Made by a program: the position numbers and the translations under genes
IMG/VR virus record: IMGVR_UViG_3300011217_000001
Coordinates: 32,001 to 96,000 of that record
Strand: one strand, 5' to 3'
DNA: 64,000 bases
Source: a virus
Lineage: Duplodnaviria > Caudoviricetes
Notes under the pieces: generated by a model
Database searches by the model: none
Told to the model about the DNA's origin: nothing
What the model saw: the letters and a program-made list of their open reading frames with translations, nothing else
Shown: positions 59,841 through 64,000 of the stretch, piece by piece
How positions within the stretch are numbered: position 1 is the stretch's first letter
Layout of the letters: each line of letters starts with the position of its first letter

Positions 59841-62540
59841 TTAGCCGAACATCTCAGCCAGCTTAGCAACGAAGCCGCTAGCCGGAATCTGGACAGTGAA
59901 GCTGCCCGTCAGTCGCATGCTCTTGGCCGAAGCCGTCATCGTCACCGTGGTTGCATTGGAGGCAATGGCGGAATAGACGAACTCATCGCGCGACAGCTCC
60001 ATGCCGTACTTGCGATTGAGCCAGTCCACAACTTCGTAGACGTCCATCGGGCGCACGTCCCCGTCCCAGCGCAGATTCGCGCCAGTGAAGTACGTGGCCA
60101 GATTCAACAGCGGTGCCTGCAGCTCGATGACGCCAGTGTAACGCTCCACCTCTGCCGTATTGCGCGGAGGGATAGCGGTGACCAGCACCTTGGCATTTGC
60201 ACCCACAGCGCCGGTACGAGCGATCGTAGCGTTGTGAGGATACACTGCGGCAGTGTTGTCATCGTTCATGCGACGAATCACCGACCAGCCATTGGGCATT
60301 GCCAGCAGCGGATTGGTGTCTGCTGCCAGATACTTACCGGCCGTGAAACGAGCGGTGGCATCAAAAGCAGACAACGTGGTCTTGGTGATCTGACTGGCCA
60401 ACGTCTTGGAAGGCTCCTGGACGAGGGAGAAGCGGACATTGAGCATGTCCACGTTCTCAGTCACTTCACGCTTCACGCCACCTTCGAACCCAACGGACAT
60501 GTCCGTGGAGAGCTCGTGGAACTTGGTGGAAGACACATCGAACTCCACCATGTCGCCGATCATGTCGTAATCGACTTCATGGCGAGCCAGCGTATCTGCA
60601 CTGAGCACCCGCACTGCCAGCTTGGACAGGTCCGTGACATCGCCAGCCGTGGTGTAGTCATCACCCAGGCGGATGACCGCAAAGTCAGCCATCTTCAACG
60701 CATCGGAGTTGATGGAGGAGATGAACTGGATGGCGTAGCTGGACAGCTGCTCCATCAGCGAGATCATCGCCTGCTGGAGCTCCTTGGCCGACTTGGTGTT
60801 GGTGCTGTCCATGCCAGTTGCCGCGCGCAGGATGCCGGTAGCCAACAGATCCAGTTCCAAGACGCTGTAGTCGTGGATCAGGTAGTTGTTATCGGTCAGC
60901 CAATCCTCGTAGAAGCGTGTGCTGCCAAAGTCCACCGGCACATTGTAGAAGAACCGGTGCGCAAGCGCCTCGGTCATGCCACGGGTCATCTCGTGTTCCT
61001 GCGTCGCGTAAACGTCACGCTGATGCATGGTGTAGTTGTAGATGTCCTGGCAGGCTTCGTAGAAGGTCACGGTGGAGATGATCTTGGATGGGATCATGTC
61101 CGGGTGACCCTCGTAGAGGGCCTCTATGATGTTGTCCTTGATGTACTTGCGATCGACGATGGTCCACAGCTCCGAGGGACGCGGGGCAGGGTCACGCAGG
61201 ATGTGGCGCGCCTCCAGCTTGGGCAGACGAACCAGATCAACACCACGGGCCTTGTTGTAAGCCCACAGGTAAACGATGAACGCATTACGCACCGTCATGC
61301 GTACACCTTCACCCGAGCGCGGATCGGGTACGGTGATTACCGGTGTGAAGCGATCGTTATTGCTCCAGAAGATCCAGTGGTTGAGCAGCGTGTCCGACAT
61401 CGTGAACGGCATGGAATCGGTCAGGTCCAGCATTGCCGATTCCAGCACCTTCGTCGGGAACTTGTCCATCGCAGCAGTCTGGATGGCTTCCTCAATCAAG
61501 GGCTCTTCGTAGCCCTGCACTGCGGCGTTATCCTTTGCCGCAGGCTGCTCTGCATCGAGCATCCGTGCCACGGTACGTACGTCGTCACCGGTCTGGTTGA
61601 AGCCGAAGTTCAACGCAGTGCGGAACAGACGTGCCGCCGGTTCGATGTTCTCAGGCTGGTCTTCCAGATCATGGCGAATGTCCCACTTGGCCAGTGGGAT
61701 ACCACGTTCGGTCAGCAGGTTCTGCAGCAGGTCATCGAAGGTTTCCTGCTTACCCGGATTGCGCTCGATGTAGCGGATGTTACGATACAGCCACAGCATC
61801 TGCTTCTTGGTCAGCGTGTCGATGAACGTGTCCAGCTTACCGTGGCTGGCCAGGAACTCGCGGATGTGGAAGCTGTGGGCATATCGAGTGTGGGCATTGC
61901 CATCGCGGATTGCCATCAGCTTGCCGGGGATGTTCGCACCGATGGCAGCAAACATCGCACCGATGTACATGTCGTCGGTCAGCTGGAAAGCCGGAACCAG
62001 CCAGCGCACGATCACACGGCGCAGCCATGCTTCAAGTTCCGGGATCAGGTTGCGCTCGTTGCTCTCCACCAGCGTCTGGTCGTAGTACAAGATCGTACCG
62101 TCAGCGCAGTTGTAGATGGTGGAGAAGTCCTCGGCGTCGGAGTCGTTGGGCGTGAACCCAGCGGTGAGATCGATCGGATTGAGGATGCCGTTGATCAAGC
62201 TGACCTGCCGGGGATACTTGGCGCGCAGCTCCTTGTAGTAGTCCCCATGGGTGGAGTATTCGCGCTTGGTGACGCGATGCTCGGCCAAACTTTCCTTGGT
62301 GAACTCTATTCTTTGAAGCGTGTCCAGCGAGGTGACATACATCAGTTTGTCCGCTGGATGATATTCGCCGGCCATGTTCTTGTAGTAGCGCCAGCTACTG
62401 GGATCTTCGTCCCGTACTTCGTAACCCAGTTCACGAAGGTACTGATTGATCGCCTCAGCGGCGTCAGCGGACTTGATGACCAGCGAGCGCGCCAGAGCGA
62501 GCACATCGTCGACGTAAAGTTTGTAATACGCAGTGGACAC
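59841..62540 (-). CDS. Virion structural protein (phiKZ gp128-like) with a C-terminal extension
   Basis: GTG start at 62540 with GGGAGG SD; LARSLVIK, WRYYKNMAGEYH, VTSLDT, AHSFHIREFLASH, LYRNIRYI and TKVLES; divergent from the portal gene. Confidence 0.75.
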   Translation of the reverse strand: MSTAYYKLYVDDVLALARSLVIKSADAAEAINQYLRELGYEVRDEDPSSWRYYKNMAGEYHPADKLMYVTSLDTLQRIEFTKESLAEHRVTKREYSTHGDYYKELRAKYPRQVSLINGILNPIDLTAGFTPNDSDAEDFSTIYNCADGTILYYDQTLVESNERNLIPELEAWLRRVIVRWLVPAFQLTDDMYIGAMFAAIGANIPGKLMAIRDGNAHTRYAHSFHIREFLASHGKLDTFIDTLTKKQMLWLYRNIRYIERNPGKQETFDDLLQNLLTERGIPLAKWDIRHDLEDQPENIEPAARLFRTALNFGFNQTGDDVRTVARMLDAEQPAAKDNAAVQGYEEPLIEEAIQTAAMDKFPTKVLESAMLDLTDSMPFTMSDTLLNHWIFWSNNDRFTPVITVPDPRSGEGVRMTVRNAFIVYLWAYNKARGVDLVRLPKLEARHILRDPAPRPSELWTIVDRKYIKDNIIEALYEGHPDMIPSKIISTVTFYEACQDIYNYTMHQRDVYATQEHEMTRGMTEALAHRFFYNVPVDFGSTRFYEDWLTDNNYLIHDYSVLELDLLATGILRAATGMDSTNTKSAKELQQAMISLMEQLSSYAIQFISSINSDALKMADFAVIRLGDDYTTAGDVTDLSKLAVRVLSADTLARHEVDYDMIGDMVEFDVSSTKFHELSTDMSVGFEGGVKREVTENVDMLNVRFSLVQEPSKTLASQITKTTLSAFDATARFTAGKYLAADTNPLLAMPNGWSVIRRMNDDNTAAVYPHNATIARTGAVGANAKVLVTAIPPRNTAEVERYTGVIELQAPLLNLATYFTGANLRWDGDVRPMDVYEVVDWLNRKYGMELSRDEFVYSAIASNATTVTMTASAKSMRLTGSFTVQIPASGFVAKLAEMFG

Positions 62541-62584
62541 CGCTGCGTCCTCCCTTCTTAAATGTTTGTGTACTGGAGTGGATA

Positions 62585-64000
62585 ATGAGCAACCTGCCGC
62601 CCGTCTTTTCGAAGGACAGCGATCGCCGTAAGGCAATGCCGAAGATCGGGTCTTTGAAAAACAGCCCGCAGCTCGGTTCGTTGGTCTCCAAGCTGGTGTA
62701 CGCCAACAGGGAAGTTCAGAACGGCAGCCTGCACCGCCGTCGTGAAGTGAACCTGCCTGGCGATCAGTTCTTCACCAAGCTCAGCGACAACACCGCAACC
62801 AATGTCACCGATTCGGCCAACCTGATGCAGCTGCTGCCGGATCTGCGTTTGAACATGCAGATCATGGTCAGCTCGATCCTGTCCCCGAAGGACATGGTCA
62901 ACGCGAAGTTGAACTATCGCGTCCAGGATGGCATCTTCGACAGCGAGCTTTCCGGCCTGTTGCTGGACGTGGTTTCTACCCACTTCTCGCAAGTCTATAA
63001 GATGGACAGCCGTCTTCCGACATTGTTGGAGGACATCCTGTATCACCGTGGTTCGCGCCCGATGATCATCCTGTCCGAGTCGACGATCGACGACGTCATC
63101 AACAACCCGACCCGCGCTTCCATGGAGTCCGTCAAGATCGCCGTGGAAGGCGCTGACAGCCAGTGTCTGGGTTGGCTGGGCCAACCTCCGGAGAAGTCCT
63201 CAGAGGCCGCCAAGGGCAGCGCTACGGCCGCTGGCGTGGGCTTTGCCATGGAGTCGTTCGGATCGGCCGCTGGTACGGCGCAGGTGCGCTACAACCCGAC
63301 CTTCCAACCCTTCAAGTCGACGGCTGAAAAGCCTACCGGCAAGCTGTTCATCAGTGACAATCCGGAGATGCTGAAGATGCCCGCGCTTGCGCAGGCAGCG
63401 ATCCATCACCGCAGCGATGCTATCCTCAAGCGTCGCAACAATCGCAAGGGTCTGCTGAACCTGCCCAAGGTCACCGTTGCTACCGAGTCTATCGGTGAGG
63501 ACGGCAAGCCCACGTTGCAGGAAGTCCAGTCGGCTCTGTACAGTCAGCGTCGTTACGCCGCGATGCCGGTGCAGACGCTGTACACCCGTGACCAACTGAA
63601 GACCAAGACCAAGGGTCATCCGCTGGTCATCGAAGCGCCGTCGGAAGCTGTGATCCCAGTGTTCGTGCCGTCTGATCCGTCCGATCACATCGGCTACTTC
63701 CTGGTCTGTGACGAACGTGGTCACCTGGTCAACAAGGCCACGCAGGACGACTACTACAACCAGCTCAACCAGAACGTCAACGCGAACAACGACATGATCA
63801 GTCAGCTGATCCAGTCGACGCATCGTGGCACGTTCGGAATGAAGGGCAACAACGAGATCGACGGCGAGTCGCTCCAGCGTGCCTACTCGGATATGGTTGA
63901 GCAGAACATGCTTGCCCGTCTGCGTGCTGGCGCATGCGGTGACAACGTGACCATCGCTCGTCCGGAGGAAGTCTTCCGGATCATGCTTGCTCGTACGCTG
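62585..64000 (+). CDS. Portal protein (phiKZ gp129-like), runs off the window
   Basis: Read by hand: MSNLPPVFSK...LLPDL...IMVSSILSPKDM...GHPLV...PSEAVIPVFVP...HIGYFL; contains SME/AME/ATE protease-type sites. Confidence 0.8.
   Translation, partial: MSNLPPVFSKDSDRRKAMPKIGSLKNSPQLGSLVSKLVYANREVQNGSLHRRREVNLPGDQFFTKLSDNTATNVTDSANLMQLLPDLRLNMQIMVSSILSPKDMVNAKLNYRVQDGIFDSELSGLLLDVVSTHFSQVYKMDSRLPTLLEDILYHRGSRPMIILSESTIDDVINNPTRASMESVKIAVEGADSQCLGWLGQPPEKSSEAAKGSATAAGVGFAMESFGSAAGTAQVRYNPTFQPFKSTAEKPTGKLFISDNPEMLKMPALAQAAIHHRSDAILKRRNNRKGLLNLPKVTVATESIGEDGKPTLQEVQSALYSQRRYAAMPVQTLYTRDQLKTKTKGHPLVIEAPSEAVIPVFVPSDPSDHIGYFLVCDERGHLVNKATQDDYYNQLNQNVNANNDMISQLIQSTHRGTFGMKGNNEIDGESLQRAYSDMVEQNMLARLRAGACGDNVTIARPEEVFRIMLARTL

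Noticed and set aside
1-64000. Stop-codon reassignment
   Set aside because: The standard code gives full-length, densely tiled genes ending in TAA, TGA and TAG

Overview
This is a densely coding, GC-rich segment of a phiKZ-like (Chimalliviridae-type) jumbo myophage. It carries three virion RNA polymerase subunits (gp178-like beta, gp180-like beta' with DFDGD, gp149-like beta C-terminal piece) and a 2.4-kaa gp181-like tail lysin. It also has UvsX/RecA, an SbcC-like ATPase, RNase H, RuvC, a gp164-like spike, NPH-repeat tail fibres, a gp128-like structural protein and the start of the gp129-like portal. Family assignments come from motif recognition and recalled phiKZ gene context, not from database searches. 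The most notable candidate system lies at 50.6-62.5 kb. It is a tandem array of six paralogues plus one divergently transcribed member, built from a conserved ~160-aa N-terminal module, an L-x3-(L/I)-x2-(T/S)-(D/T)-L-x-G-F-x-Y linker motif and a hypervariable C-terminal domain showing duplication and shuffling. The same module and linker also appear, in reversed order, on the C-terminus of the adjacent core structural protein, suggesting a dockable, diversifying virion appendage. Other highlights: a family of hairpins flanked by GGCATA/TATGCCG instead of U-tracts at convergent gene ends, an extra DUF5675-type peptidase domain and a Cys/Arg-rich insert in the tail lysin, and tandem NADAR-like genes near a SLOG gene. 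No tRNA, rRNA, CRISPR array, reverse transcriptase or transposase was seen.
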